The notes under the pieces were generated by a model. That model was not told the origin of the DNA. It worked only from the letters and a program-made list of their open reading frames with translations, and searched no databases. A DNA stretch of 64,000 nucleotides from positions 546,956 through 610,955 of the forward strand of contig CAVZSQ010000013.1 in NCBI GenBank assembly GCA_963777955.1, given 5' to 3'. Shown piece after piece: positions 10,879-22,280 of this stretch. The translations under genes were made by a program, and so were the position numbers. Source of the DNA: Calditrichia bacterium (lineage in GTDB: Bacteria; Calditrichota; Calditrichia; JAJRVZ01). Positions within the stretch are counted from its first letter, which is position 1, and every line of letters begins with the position of its first letter.

Positions 10879-12561
10879 TTATTTCTGCCCTGTTTCGCCC
10901 TTGACCAGCATGCGCCGTAATACCTTGCCGACCATCGTCTTGGGCAGCGAATCGCGGAACTCGACATGTTTCGGAACCTTGTACCCGGTCAGCCGCTCCC
11001 GGCAGTAGGCGCGCAGATTCTCAACGGTAACCTGATACCCCTCGCGTACCACGACCCACGCCTTGACCACCTCGCCCTGGTACTCGTCTTTCACTCCGGC
11101 TACGCTCACTTCAGCCACTGCCGGGTGTGTCGCGATCACCTCTTCCACCTCGCGCGGCCAGACCTGGAAGCCGGCCGGCTTGATCAGATCTTTCTTGCGG
11201 TCGACGATGAACAGGTATCCATCCTCATCCATGTAGCCCAGGTCACCGGTATATACCCAGCCATCGCGAATCATATCCGCTGTTTCATCCGGATGTCCCC
11301 AGAAACCCACCATGATTTGCGGTGCACTGATACACACCTCGCCGATCTTTCCCGGCGGGAGGATTTGCTCCCCCGTATCCAGGTCAACGATCCGCACGTC
11401 CACATCCGGAACGGGGATGCCGATCGAACCTTCTTTGTAGGTGCCGTGAACCGGGCAGACGACTGCCGCCAGCATAGTTTCGGTCATCCCGTACGCGTCA
11501 AGCAGCAACCCGCCGGTCAGTGCTTCGAACCGGCGCTTGGTCTCGGCCAGCAGCGGCGCCGCCCCGGCATAGCATACTTTCATCGACTTGAAGTCCACCT
11601 GACCGGCTTTTACCTTCGGGTGGTTGAGCAAGGCAATGAACAGCGTCGGCACACCATGCAATACGGCGGGGCGGACTTTAATAATCGTATCGATCAGGTC
11701 ATCGATGTCGCGCGGGTTGGGAATGACAGCCATGGGCCAGCGTGCCACAAGTGACGTGTTCAGCGCCATGTTGCCGTATACGTGGAACATGGGCATCACC
11801 AGGGTGATGATATCGTCCCAGTCAGCCAGCGCCGTTCGCCCGTAAGCATGGAGCTGCATCGCCGACATTAACAGCCCGTGGTGCGTGCCGAGTGCTGCCT
11901 TGGGTGTACCGGTGGTGCCGCCGCTGAACAGGAGAATCGCCGGATCGTCAAGCGCCAGGGCAACGGCCGGACGGGTTGCATCGGCATGCTGGCGCATCAG
12001 GTCGCGCCACCACAGGTCGCCCGCTTGCAGCCGAATACGGTGGCCTTCCTTCTTTTCCTTGGCCAGGGTAAACAGCAAACGCAGGTGCACCGGCAGGTAC
12101 TCTTTGATGTTTGTCGCGATCACGCGGCGGAGCTGCGTGTGCGCCTGCAGCGACTTGACCTTATCATAAAAAAGCGTCAGAACGACGACCGTCTCTGCGC
12201 CGACCTCGTTGAGCGCAAGCTCCAGTTCGCGTGGTGTGTACAATGAGTTGATGGGTACGGCAATAGCGCCTGCTTTCCACACGCCTAATTGTGCGATAAT
12301 GCTCTGCGGTGAGTTCGGCAGCAGCAGCGCCACGCGGTCGCCCTTCTTGACACCCTGCGCCACGAGCGCGGCACCGAACTCGTTAGTCAACTGTTCCAGG
12401 CGCGCGTACGACATTCGTGCTCCTTTGAAGATCAGCGCGGTGTGATCCGGTCTTTGGCGCACGGTATCACTCAGCACGTCCAGTAAAGTGCACTCAGGGT
12501 ATGGTCGCAGCGTATGCGGCAGACCCGCTTCATAATGCTTCAGCCAGGATTTCTCGCCCAT
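10879..12561 (-). CDS. fadD: Long-chain fatty acid--CoA ligase
   Basis: FSGGTTGTPK, YGMTE, TGDLGYMDEDGY, IVDRKKD, LPKTMVGK. Visibly more GC-rich than its neighbours. Confidence 0.9.
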   Translation of the reverse strand: MGEKSWLKHYEAGLPHTLRPYPECTLLDVLSDTVRQRPDHTALIFKGARMSYARLEQLTNEFGAALVAQGVKKGDRVALLLPNSPQSIIAQLGVWKAGAIAVPINSLYTPRELELALNEVGAETVVVLTLFYDKVKSLQAHTQLRRVIATNIKEYLPVHLRLLFTLAKEKKEGHRIRLQAGDLWWRDLMRQHADATRPAVALALDDPAILLFSGGTTGTPKAALGTHHGLLMSAMQLHAYGRTALADWDDIITLVMPMFHVYGNMALNTSLVARWPMAVIPNPRDIDDLIDTIIKVRPAVLHGVPTLFIALLNHPKVKAGQVDFKSMKVCYAGAAPLLAETKRRFEALTGGLLLDAYGMTETMLAAVVCPVHGTYKEGSIGIPVPDVDVRIVDLDTGEQILPPGKIGEVCISAPQIMVGFWGHPDETADMIRDGWVYTGDLGYMDEDGYLFIVDRKKDLIKPAGFQVWPREVEEVIATHPAVAEVSVAGVKDEYQGEVVKAWVVVREGYQVTVENLRAYCRERLTGYKVPKHVEFRDSLPKTMVGKVLRRMLVKGETGQK

Positions 12562-12684
12562 TTTAGTCCTTCCTGTTTCTTCCCTGTAAAACTTCGTGCA
12601 GGAATATTTCCTGCGAATATCAGCGGAGAATCACGATAATATAAACTTATCTAAATAAAAAATCACCAAAAAGAGGTTTAATGC

Positions 12685-12759
12685 TGGCGGGGTGGATGGC
12701 GTCCCACAGAACGCTGCTGATCGTCAAATTCGTCCCGAAACAGTAAAGACGGCACCAGT
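12685..12759 (-). repeat. att-like repeat copy R1; minus strand ends ...CCATCCACCCCGCCA like a tRNA 3' end
   Basis: Plus strand TGGCGGGGTGGATGGCGTCCCACAGAACGCTGCTGATCGTCAAATTCGTCCCGAAACAGTAAAGACGGCACC; aligns with R2-R5. Confidence 0.85.
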
Positions 12760-12768
12760 CTTTAATCT

Positions 12769-13896
12769 TTAATTTTTTTCCAATCCTGTCAGTACAACAT
12801 CAATCACCATCATCTCCGAATCCCCTGTAGTCCTGACCGGGGGCCCCCATAGTTGAATACCACTGGTGACAAATACATGGGTTTTATTTATTTTTTTATA
12901 CCCCCAGCTCAATTCGTAAATCTTGTCCGCAATATAGTTAAAAGGAAATAATTGCCCGTTATGTGTATGACCGGATACAAGGATATCAGCACCGCTAGCG
13001 CTGATATTCTGCAAATCCGTAGGTCGATGGTCGAGTATTATTACCGGAAGCTTGTCCGGTAGATTACCCACCAGATCACTAACAGGTTTTCTTTTGTAAA
13101 AATGCTGATCATTTCTGCCCAGCAGTGCAAAAGCATGGTTTATAATAATGGTTGTATCGGTTAAGACCGTAATGTGGGCATTTTTAAAGAAATCTGTTCT
13201 TTCCCCCCCATGATAAAATTCATGATTACCTAATGAAGCATAAACACCATATTTAGTCTGAATTTGACTGAATTGCCGTTCGAATTCTGCCACCTGTTCA
13301 TCCTGGCGGTCCCCTTCCAGGATATCACCAGGTAATAACAGGATATCCGCATTTAATGAATTTACCTTTTTAACAAAATCCGGCATTAAATGATCAGAAG
13401 TCAGTTCACGCAGATGAAAATCGGAGGCGAGCAAAATCCTTAAGTGCTGCAATGCTGATGAACGCCGCGGTATTTCGATCTGGTACCTGTTTACTTTTAT
13501 ATCCGCGTACTTGAACATTCCAAACACAACTACCATTGCAGGGATAATCAACAGGATAAAAAATGTTACAATTTTCATTCTTGGAGTTTGTAATTTTTCG
13601 GGTGCAATAATTTTTAACATTCTATTGACCACAAGTAATAGATCGCGACCTAAAACACTCAGGAACAGATATAACAAGAAAGGTAATAGCAGATAACCTG
13701 AAAGGATTAAAGAGTTTCCTAATCCTGATACCCTGGAGTGAGCAAGTGTCTCAGTCAGTGGAAACAAGAATATTAATAACCAGAAGCCTATGGTGAAGAT
13801 TATTTTGCTATGTTTATGATTAAAAAGGTTAAGAATTCGGATATATACATATATACCGGGTAATAGATAGATAGCGAAAACGATTGTAATAAACAT
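12769..13896 (-). CDS. Membrane-anchored metallophosphoesterase (YkuE-like)
   Basis: SDFH, GDI, GNHE, DHRP, SGHTHNGQ motifs after transmembrane helices. Confidence 0.93.
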   Translation of the reverse strand: MFITIVFAIYLLPGIYVYIRILNLFNHKHSKIIFTIGFWLLIFLFPLTETLAHSRVSGLGNSLILSGYLLLPFLLYLFLSVLGRDLLLVVNRMLKIIAPEKLQTPRMKIVTFFILLIIPAMVVVFGMFKYADIKVNRYQIEIPRRSSALQHLRILLASDFHLRELTSDHLMPDFVKKVNSLNADILLLPGDILEGDRQDEQVAEFERQFSQIQTKYGVYASLGNHEFYHGGERTDFFKNAHITVLTDTTIIINHAFALLGRNDQHFYKRKPVSDLVGNLPDKLPVIILDHRPTDLQNISASGADILVSGHTHNGQLFPFNYIADKIYELSWGYKKINKTHVFVTSGIQLWGPPVRTTGDSEMMVIDVVLTGLEKN

Positions 13897-13995
13897 ATCC
13901 CCCCACGAATTTTTAATCGCAAGTAAAATGATTTTTAAATCTAATGATTAAGATTTTTTTATGCAATCACTGAAGTAAGGTGAGATTTAATTTTA

Positions 13996-14070
13996 GCGGG
14001 GTGGATGGGGGTCCAACAGAGCCCTGATAACCATCACTGGCCTGAAAACAGAAAGACCGGCGACGATGAC
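13996..14070 (-). repeat. att-like repeat copy R2
   Basis: Plus strand GCGGGGTGGATGGGGGTCCAACAGAGCCCTGATAACCATCACTGGCCTGAAAACAGAAAGACCGGCGACGATGA. Confidence 0.85.
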
Positions 14071-14094
14071 TTGCTATCTGACCCTCCCCATTCA

Positions 14095-14136
14095 TCCCCT
14101 CCCTTTTAGCACTTCTTCGTGCTAAAAGGGAGGGGA
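14095..14136. repeat. Perfect 18-bp-arm hairpin (REP-like or terminator) just downstream of the GH43 gene
   Basis: TCCCCTCCCTTTTAGCAC-TTCTTC-GTGCTAAAAGGGAGGGGA, with outer ACCCTCCCC/GGGGTGGGT flanks. Confidence 0.75.
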
Positions 14137-14152
14137 CAGAGGGGTGGGTTAT

Positions 14153-16417
14153 TCATCTCAACAAAATAAGTTTCTTCGTTTCTGCATGACTCCCTGCTTG
14201 TAACCGGTACAGATATACCCCGCTGGCTAAACCCGCTGCATTCCAATCGACTTCATGCCTTCCAGCAATTAGATTTTCATTTAATAACGAAGCCACCTGC
14301 TGTCCCAACTGGTTATAAATCCGCAGGGTAACATAATTGGAATTTGGAATTTGGAATTTGATAGTGGTGCTTGGATTGAACGGATTTGGAAAATTCTGTT
14401 CCATACCAAAGTCCTGCGGCGGAATTGCTGAATCCGCAGGTTTTATCGCAGTGTCGATGGTATCCCCTTCGGCGCTGAAATAAAACTTTAACAGCTGGAA
14501 CAACTTGCCGGCTTCGCTGCCGGTGAATTTCAAATAGACATCGTGCCGTCCGGAAGCGGGTTTTACCTCTGCAGAAAAGGTTTGAAATGTTGTCAAGCCG
14601 CCGGTATTGCCGATGGAACACTCGGCAATTTTATCGCCGGTCTCCAGTGAATCGAGCCACACTTCGACATTGCCGCCGGTGGTGGCGCTGGAGGCGATGA
14701 TCTTCAGCGAATCCGGTATCTTGTCATATTCCTCATTACCTCCAAATTCAACGCCGGCATACATCGCCCAATCATTCACGTGGATGTTATCCAGTACATA
14801 TCCCTGGCGGGTATAGGTCCTGGAGTTGCCGTTCTGGTTGGCATAACCTTCACCGGCAATCGGCGAATAAGCATCGCGGTAGATATAAAGGTCGAAATCA
14901 GCCGGACTGCCCTTGACGTATAACCCCTGCCTGTTACCGGTAAAGGCATTATATTCCGACTGCTGAACATCCATGGTGGAAACATTTATGGATTTTCCGA
15001 CTCGGGTCCAGTAACGGCCGTCGGCGCTGAAATAACCGGTCAGAACATGGTTGGATCGCAATAGTTTTAACCAGACAATATTACCGCTGGTGTTTTCGGC
15101 CTCGTAATACGTTTTATCAAAACTGAAACAAATGACTTTTGTACCACCGGTGTTCAGTGAACTATAAAGTTTGGCATAGAGAGTTTGTAAACCGGTCATG
15201 ATACGCAGCCCGGCTTCATCGCTGGTTGCTTTAGGATCAAAATCGAGTCTGGTAATAAGAGCATAGTTATGTTCGGCATCACTTTTGATGATGGTGTTAT
15301 GCTGGTTTTTGGGCGATAATCTTATCCAGCCGGGACGGTCGGTCAGCGAGTATGGACTGAGCGGAGAATAGCCTAACAACCTCCATTCGGGATTTAATTT
15401 ATCCGAACTGAAAAAGTCCGATTTGGGCACCATCCAGGGGATGCCGCTGCTGGGCAATTGGGGCGCCTGCCTCGGTTCATTGATCGGAAAATCGGCAACC
15501 GGTTTACCGGTGGTGTCATAGCGCACCTGGCTCACCAGGCCCTGGCGACCCAGACCTTGCCATTCACTGATTCCATATGATTGATAAATCACCCACCAGG
15601 TACTGTCGTCGGCCATGACAGCAGGTGAACAGTGATTGGGCAAACTGTACAGGGAGGTAGCTTTTTTGGGATCCTCTTCATTGAAGAAATTACCGAGGTA
15701 TTCCCAGGCGAAGTCTGTCTGCGTAAGTGTTGCGCTTCTCATTACCCGCTGTGTGGCATAGATGTGAATGGCGAAACTATAATAATAATAACCTTTGTGT
15801 TTCCACATCACCGGACCTTCGGCCCAGCTGTAGGGATAGTCAGGCGCCGGATTGATCCAGCATAAATTATAAATTGCGCCGGCGGGCTGCCCGTTACTGC
15901 CCAATTGCAGGATCCAGTTATTGGATTGGCCGTTTTTGACCAGCAGATACCAACTTCCGTCGTCATCGATAAAAATGGAGTTATCCATGCCGAGTCCCGG
16001 CACACTTTGCGGACAGGTCATCGCCACCGGCGAACTCCAGGGACCTGCAGGACTGTCTGCCGTTACGAAATACATGGTTCCGGCATGGCCGAAGAAATGC
16101 CAGTATTTGTTATCATAAAAAACCAGATGGCCTCCCCAGCACCCCGAGGTCGGGGTGGTTCCAAACAGTGACCAGCTATTACTCACCGGCTGGGAAACCG
16201 CTTCCCAGTGAATAAGATCGGTCGAATGGTAAATAATCGGCGTAGTGGCGAATGATGAACCGGTGGTGTAATAGTCATTTCCGAATTTGGATAAGGTACA
16301 ATCCGGATGATCGCCCGGAATGACCGGATTCATATAAGTCGTAAACGACGGCGATTGTCCGTACCCATAACTCCATATGAATAGACAAAAACAAAATAGT
16401 ATATATAATCTTTTCAT
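14153..16417 (-). CDS. Secreted GH43 glycoside hydrolase with beta-sandwich, CBM6-like module and C-terminal sorting domain
   Basis: NPVIPGDHPD, MDNSIFID, WAEGP; CBM6-like ASSATTGGNVEVWLD...GRHDVYLKF; QNFPNPFNPST. Confidence 0.9.
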   Translation of the reverse strand: MKRLYILFCFCLFIWSYGYGQSPSFTTYMNPVIPGDHPDCTLSKFGNDYYTTGSSFATTPIIYHSTDLIHWEAVSQPVSNSWSLFGTTPTSGCWGGHLVFYDNKYWHFFGHAGTMYFVTADSPAGPWSSPVAMTCPQSVPGLGMDNSIFIDDDGSWYLLVKNGQSNNWILQLGSNGQPAGAIYNLCWINPAPDYPYSWAEGPVMWKHKGYYYYSFAIHIYATQRVMRSATLTQTDFAWEYLGNFFNEEDPKKATSLYSLPNHCSPAVMADDSTWWVIYQSYGISEWQGLGRQGLVSQVRYDTTGKPVADFPINEPRQAPQLPSSGIPWMVPKSDFFSSDKLNPEWRLLGYSPLSPYSLTDRPGWIRLSPKNQHNTIIKSDAEHNYALITRLDFDPKATSDEAGLRIMTGLQTLYAKLYSSLNTGGTKVICFSFDKTYYEAENTSGNIVWLKLLRSNHVLTGYFSADGRYWTRVGKSINVSTMDVQQSEYNAFTGNRQGLYVKGSPADFDLYIYRDAYSPIAGEGYANQNGNSRTYTRQGYVLDNIHVNDWAMYAGVEFGGNEEYDKIPDSLKIIASSATTGGNVEVWLDSLETGDKIAECSIGNTGGLTTFQTFSAEVKPASGRHDVYLKFTGSEAGKLFQLLKFYFSAEGDTIDTAIKPADSAIPPQDFGMEQNFPNPFNPSTTIKFQIPNSNYVTLRIYNQLGQQVASLLNENLIAGRHEVDWNAAGLASGVYLYRLQAGSHAETKKLILLR

Positions 16418-16469
16418 AAATTTTCCTCCTGGAGGATTTTCTACTCAACTATGTGTTCAAAATATAATA

Positions 16470-18331
16470 CTATTTTATTAAAATAAATTTTTTTGTATCT
16501 GCAAAATTACTTGTGCGCAGCCGATAGAAATAAATGCCGCTACTCAAACCTGATCCATTCCATTCCACCTGATGCATACCTTCATTTAAATATTCGTCAA
16601 GTACGACGGCCTCTTTTTGTCCGCGCAGATTATATATTTCCAGGGTGACAAAATTGGAATTTGGAATTTGGAATTTTATCATGGTGCTTGGATTGAATGG
16701 ATTCGGATAATTTTGTCCCAGGAAAAAGTCGCGGGGCATTTGGTTTAAAGAATGGTCATCATCAGGACCCATTCCGGTGGGCGTACCGGCGAATATTCTG
16801 AACCAGTCGAAATCGACATATCCTCCGGTGGCTATGGTTGCATAATTAAACAGACAAAATTTATTCCCGGTAAAAATTGAAAGATTGAATTGCATTGAAA
16901 GGTCATTGCCAATCTTGATGAACGATTTATTATCAAGACTATAGGCGAACGAAACCCTGCTTGTGCCATAATTAGCCTGTGCCCGTAAATATAGTGTTAA
17001 AGAATCAACCAAAGCAGAATCAATTGCGGTGCCGTTGTTAATCATTACGACATACCTGACATCCCCCATTTTTTTGATACCGATATATGCATATGGATTC
17101 TGAAACACCGCCAGCCCCGCCACATCGCCATTTTGCATATTAGCGGTATTAATTTGAATTGTAGCAGTTGTCGGCAAAGTTCTAGTGTAGTAAGCAAAAA
17201 TTCTTTGGGTAAGGGTATTGCGGGCATCACGCAAATTAGATACGATTTTGGCGGTTTTCAGCCTCAAGTGTCCCGGATTCTCCGTCAGCGACCATTTGGT
17301 TGAATCCGGATTATGGTTCCAACCCCATTGCAGGCCTAACCTGGTACTATCAAATTCATCAGAAGTGGGTAATACAGTAATCGGATACTCGTTTACCCAC
17401 GTTTGGCTTGGTATGCGTGATAACACCTTTTCCGTCGACGCCAACCATCGGCCAATCATCCTGCCAGGTAACCGGCTGTAAGGAGGGAAACCGTCCAAAC
17501 GCTCCGCCATCCTGAAAAATGATCGACCACCATTCACCCGTTTGAGTTTCTATCAGCGCTCCCTGGTGCAAGCCCGTGCCCAGATATCGAATCGTCCCTG
17601 ATAACGATCATTTCATCATAGGGGCCGTATATATTATCTGAACGCAGGGCCACCTGAAATCCGTCCCGGCCTCCGTAAGTGCAATATAAATAGTAGTAAC
17701 CATTAATTTTATATACATGGCTGCCTTCAAGACCGGCCCGGATATCCCCGGTGAAAACTAAAACATCGCTGCCTTTAGCAGTAAAATTTGTATCTAATTC
17801 AGTAATAGAGATGTTGCCGTATCCGTGGGCGACATAGATCCTGCCGTCATCGTCAAAAAACAAGCCAGGATCATAAAATCCCCTGGGCAATTTTCTTATT
17901 TTCCAGGGTCCTTCGGGTTTTGTTGCCGTGCATATAAATCCACCTTCGTCGAGTGTAATGAATAATAAATAATACTTGCCATTTTTGTATTTTAAACTGG
18001 TGGCCCACTGCCCGTGAGAGTACCTGTTACAACCGTCAAGATTGTAGCAGGGACTAAAATCCATCCGCTGTACGGCGTTACAGCAATATTCCCAGTTTAC
18101 CAGGTCGTACGATTTTAGTATGGTAACTCCCGGGAAAATGAACATGGTTGTTGAAACCATGTAATAGGTAGAATCCACCCGGATTACATCAGGATCGGGA
18201 AAATCAGAATAAATTACCGGATTGGTATACGTTCCGTCCCCATTATCGCTTTGAGTTTTCTGCGCAGAAAGAGGGCACGAAAAGTAAAATATAAAATTAA
18301 TACAAAAAAAAACAAAGATATATCTTTTCAC
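16470..18331 (-). CDS. Secreted GH43 beta-xylosidase-like enzyme with C-terminal sorting domain; two frameshifts (~17575, ~17390)
   Basis: NPVIYSDFPDPDVIRV, YDPGLFFDD, EGSHVYK. Three consecutive ORF pieces form one protein; GTG start at 18331. Confidence 0.88.
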
Positions 18332-18448
18332 ATTGCTGCCCTGCTTTATGTGTATTAGTAACCGTTTTTTCTCGTTAGTGCGGGTGGCGGGTGAATCTAC
18401 AGTGCACCTGACTCTTAACGGGCAGGCATGATTGTCAGTACGCTGCAT

Positions 18449-19481
18449 TTATTTTAATAACATCATCTTCCTGGTCAGGATTCCGTTATCGGTGACCATC
18501 CTGTAAATATATACTCCCGTACTCAGGTTAGTACCGTTAAACTGAACACTGTGCCGGCCTGCTGACATATAATCATTTAGAAGCGTGATTATTTCGCGCC
18601 CATATAAATCGAAAACTTTGAGATTGACTTTGGACTTATTGGATAATTCAAAAACAATATTCGTTGTTGGATTGAATGGATTGGGATAATTTTGCCTTAA
18701 GCGATATTTCCCCGGCAGAGTAGTTGTTTCTTGCTCAACATCAGTACCGCTGCCTTCGTTAAATAGAAAAAGAACTTCGTCTGCAGTCAGAACCCGGTTG
18801 TAGATACTACATTTGGGTATCTCACCAGTCCAGGCGGCATCGCCAGTATACCCGCCCTTGCCCAGATAAGCAGAGTCCACGCTGACGAGGGAAATGTTAT
18901 TATTAGCAGCCAGAGTATTAGTGTCAACCGGCGCACCGTCAATGTACAGGGTTATATTAACCGGATCAATGGTGCATGCCATATGATGAAGTTCCCCGTC
19001 ATCCAGTTCGGGACCGTCCACACCTGTTTCGGCGTTCCAGGGACTGCTTGAATAATCACCGCAGGCAATGGCGGCGCGGCATTTATTATCACCTCTGGCC
19101 GGGCTGAAAAAGATGCAATCAACACCTAAGCCATTATTGGTTTTACCAAAATAAACCAGCATATGATAATTGGGATTACCGCTGGCAAAGGGCATGAACC
19201 AGGCTGAAATGGTAACTTCGTCATATGTATTTATTGAAATTGTCGCGGCAGGCAATTCCAGGTAGGAACCGACGGCTGCCAACAGCAGCGATCCATCGAC
19301 GATCTCGGCACTCCCCTTTAACGTACCATTGGCACCGCCGATGTAATCATTGGCGCTACCGTCATCGAACGTCCAGGAATGAGTCAGGTTTTCGAGTGCC
19401 CGGATCAACCTGAGCGTTTAAATTGGTAATTAGGACCAGAACGGAAACAAAGAACAAAAAATAATGTAATTTTTTATACAT
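18449..19481 (-). CDS. Secreted LamG/ConA-like lectin-fold protein with C-terminal sorting domain; frameshift near 19395
   Basis: ATG at 19481 after AGGAG gives signal peptide MYKKLHYFLFFVSVLVLITNLNAQ; then WTFDDG, ITLYIDG, IYNRVLTADEV; QNYPNPFNPTT. Confidence 0.8.
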
Positions 19482-19602
19482 ATTTCTTCTCCTTAAAATA
19501 ATTTGTTTAATTATAAAATTTATCAAGCAAATATAGATAGTAGCAAGATCAAGTGGTAGCCATTTAATGCTAATAATTCACCAAATAGCGCAGGGAGTAA
19601 TC

Positions 19603-20743
19603 TCAATGCGGTTTATGAAGTTTACGGAATTCGCGCAGGCCGATTCCCTTTTGTTTCTTGAAAAATCTTGAAATATGTTCGACATCCGTGAAATTAAAAA
19701 GGGCTGTTATTTGTGAAATGGGCAGGTTGGTTTCAATCAGCATTTTTGATATCAATTCGACGCGCACCAGCTGAATTTCATTATAGATGGATCTGTGAAC
19801 AGTCCTTTGAAATCTTTTCTCCAGCGTTCGCCTGCTGATTCTCGTCGTACCAACTATATCTTTCACCAGAATTTTATTTCTGGCATTGTTCTTGATGTAT
19901 TTAATTGCCGACGCAACTTCGCTGTCATCTACGGCCAGGATGTCGGAAGACTGTCTCTGAACAATATGGCTCGGCCTGACCATTATCTGTTTTCCCGCAA
20001 TCTTTTTTTTCATGATTAAGCGATCCAATAATTTCGCAGCCTCAAAACCGGCCGACTCGACATTCAAGGCGATGCTGGTCAGGGGCGGATCTTCCAATTC
20101 ACAAATCATCGGATCGTTATCGACACCCAGCACGGCAACTTCTTCCGGAACTTTGAGATTGATTAATTTGCATACCTCCAGCACGTGTTGCCCGCGATCG
20201 TCGTTGCAGGCAAATATGCCGACAGGTTTTGGCAAATCTTTAATCCAGGTGCACATCTGTTGCTGTTCATTCTCCCAATCCTGACGCCGTTTATTCTCGG
20301 CCGACACATAATTGTGGGTTTTCAAACCGGCTTTAAGATTAAATTTTTTAAAATAATTTTTGCGCTCTTCCGACCAATCATATTGATCGAAACCGCAGAA
20401 GGCCAGGTGTTTAAACCCTTTTTCGATAAAATGATCGCTGGCCATTCTGGCAATTACTGTAGAATCTGTTTTAATTATCGGCAAATCTTTGGGGTATGAG
20501 GAATTATGAATAACCAATATGGTGGGAACTTTTAGCCGCAGTAATTCCTTGCTGATCAGGGAATCGCGCATGATAATTCCGTCTGGTTTCCAGCTGGTCA
20601 AATGAGGAATTGATGATTTCAGATCAATAAGCTTCTTTGAAAAAAGTCCATGGCCCGTAAAGTTTCGAGTACCGGGCAATACCGATAATTAATTGCCTGC
20701 CAAAGGCGCGTGAAGTTTCTAAAAGCAAAACAATTTTTTTCAT
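19603..20743 (-). CDS. xylR: XylR-type regulator (periplasmic-binding-like domain plus AraC HTH); frameshift near 20630
   Basis: MKKIVLLLETSRAFGRQLIIGIARY from 20743; PKPVGIFACND, VPEEVAVLGVDND, AraC tail. Confidence 0.85.
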
Positions 20744-21012
20744 ATCTATTTTCTGCGGAGAAAGAATATTTGACAGCTATTAAAACCTGTCCCTATGAAT
20801 TATCACTGCAGCATTAATTCAGCCTTTCGCACATTCTGCCATTGAAAAGTAGATGTCTTCCTTTATGCTCTGATTCAATCCGATCTTTAACCTGCCCCCC
20901 TACGAGGATCCAATTTAATATATTGGAAGTCATCAAGAAAGGGAAGATATGAGTAAACAGAAGTACAATCTTGAAAAGACAAAAAAACTCCTTCAAAGGA
21001 GGTCTTCGACCT

Positions 21013-21033
21013 GCGGGGTGGATGGGGTCCCAC
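21013..21033 (-). repeat. att-like repeat copy R3 (truncated arm)
   Basis: GCGGGGTGGATGGGGTCCCAC, preceded on the plus strand by A7 plus a CTCCTT/AAGGAG hairpin (minus-strand terminator-like). Confidence 0.8.
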
Positions 21034-21156
21034 TGGGAAATTCAATTATTATTTAATTGAATTGTATTCAATACTCCAATTAAATTGTGGCATAACAAAT
21101 ATTAAAGGTTGTTATTCCTGCCTTATAATAAAGTATGAAATGGAGAGGATCAGAAA

Positions 21157-22209
21157 ATGCTTAAAAAGCGATGGATCATTTTAGGGATTATGATTCTGCT
21201 AGTACTTGTTATTTATCTTGTATTCACTCTTGTACCAAAGAATAAAGTTGTACTACAGGCCATAACGACGGATATTCCGGTTGCCATAACCACGGTACAA
21301 AAGCAAAAATTGACCGACAACATTTCATTGATTGGGACCATTAATGCCAGCAACGATGTTAATGTGATTTCCGAAACACAGGGTACGGTCAGAACTGTAT
21401 ATGTAAAGGTCAGCCAGTACGTTAGCAGCGGGACTATTCTGGCCCAGGTGGATGATGAGATCCCCCGCTCTAATTTGGCGGCTGCCGAGATCAATTATCA
21501 GAAAGCCATACGTGATTATGAACGAAGTGAGGCTCTGTACCAGGAAAATTCGATCAGTCCGGCTCAGCTGGATGCGGCCCGTCTGGGAATGAAATCTGCC
21601 GAAAATCAAAGAGATATAGCCCGTCGTCAATTAGCCAACACCCAGATCAAATCCCCGATCCAGGGCACAGTTAACTCCCGCTTTATCAATGTCGGTACCA
21701 TGGTGCAACCGGGTATGACCGTGACTAATATCGTCGATATCTCAATGCTCAAAGTAAGTGTCAATGTGACCGAACAGGAAGCCTTCAAATTGAAACCGGG
21801 AGATACTGTCGAAGTGAACACCGATGTGTACCCGGAACATAAATTCATCGGACGGGTGGATAATATAGCCGCGAAAGCGGATGCGGCTCATACATACCCG
21901 CTTGAGATTATCGTCCCGAATGACAACAAGTATCCCCTGAAAGCCGGGATGTTTGCCCGGGTAACCTTTATCTCCATGACTCGGGATGAAGTACTGACTA
22001 TCCCCAGGATCGCTCTGATCGGCAGTATCCGTAATGCCCAGGTTTACCGGATTAATAAAGGAATGGCTAATTTATATTCTTTGGTCATCGGTCGGCAATC
22101 AAGTGAATATCTGGAAGTGCTCAGCGGAATAAGTCAAAGTGATACGATTGTTATCAGCGGACAGAATAATCTGGTGGATGGATCCAAAGTAATAATTATT
22201 GGTAAATGA
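21157..22209 (+). CDS. RND efflux periplasmic adaptor (membrane fusion protein)
   Basis: N-terminal transmembrane helix, IKSPIQGTV, LKAGMFARV. Confidence 0.93.
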   Translation: MLKKRWIILGIMILLVLVIYLVFTLVPKNKVVLQAITTDIPVAITTVQKQKLTDNISLIGTINASNDVNVISETQGTVRTVYVKVSQYVSSGTILAQVDDEIPRSNLAAAEINYQKAIRDYERSEALYQENSISPAQLDAARLGMKSAENQRDIARRQLANTQIKSPIQGTVNSRFINVGTMVQPGMTVTNIVDISMLKVSVNVTEQEAFKLKPGDTVEVNTDVYPEHKFIGRVDNIAAKADAAHTYPLEIIVPNDNKYPLKAGMFARVTFISMTRDEVLTIPRIALIGSIRNAQVYRINKGMANLYSLVIGRQSSEYLEVLSGISQSDTIVISGQNNLVDGSKVIIIGK

Positions 22210-22280
22210 GTAAATACTCATTTTTATCGGACTGACCAGCGAATAAAATTCGATAAACTCATTAAAAGGACACCTCTGAC

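Noticed and set aside
10966..12445. Long plus-strand ORFs opposite the acyl-CoA ligase, and similar shadow ORFs across the window
   Set aside because: Antisense to well-supported genes, a by-product of codon bias, with no recognisable motifs.
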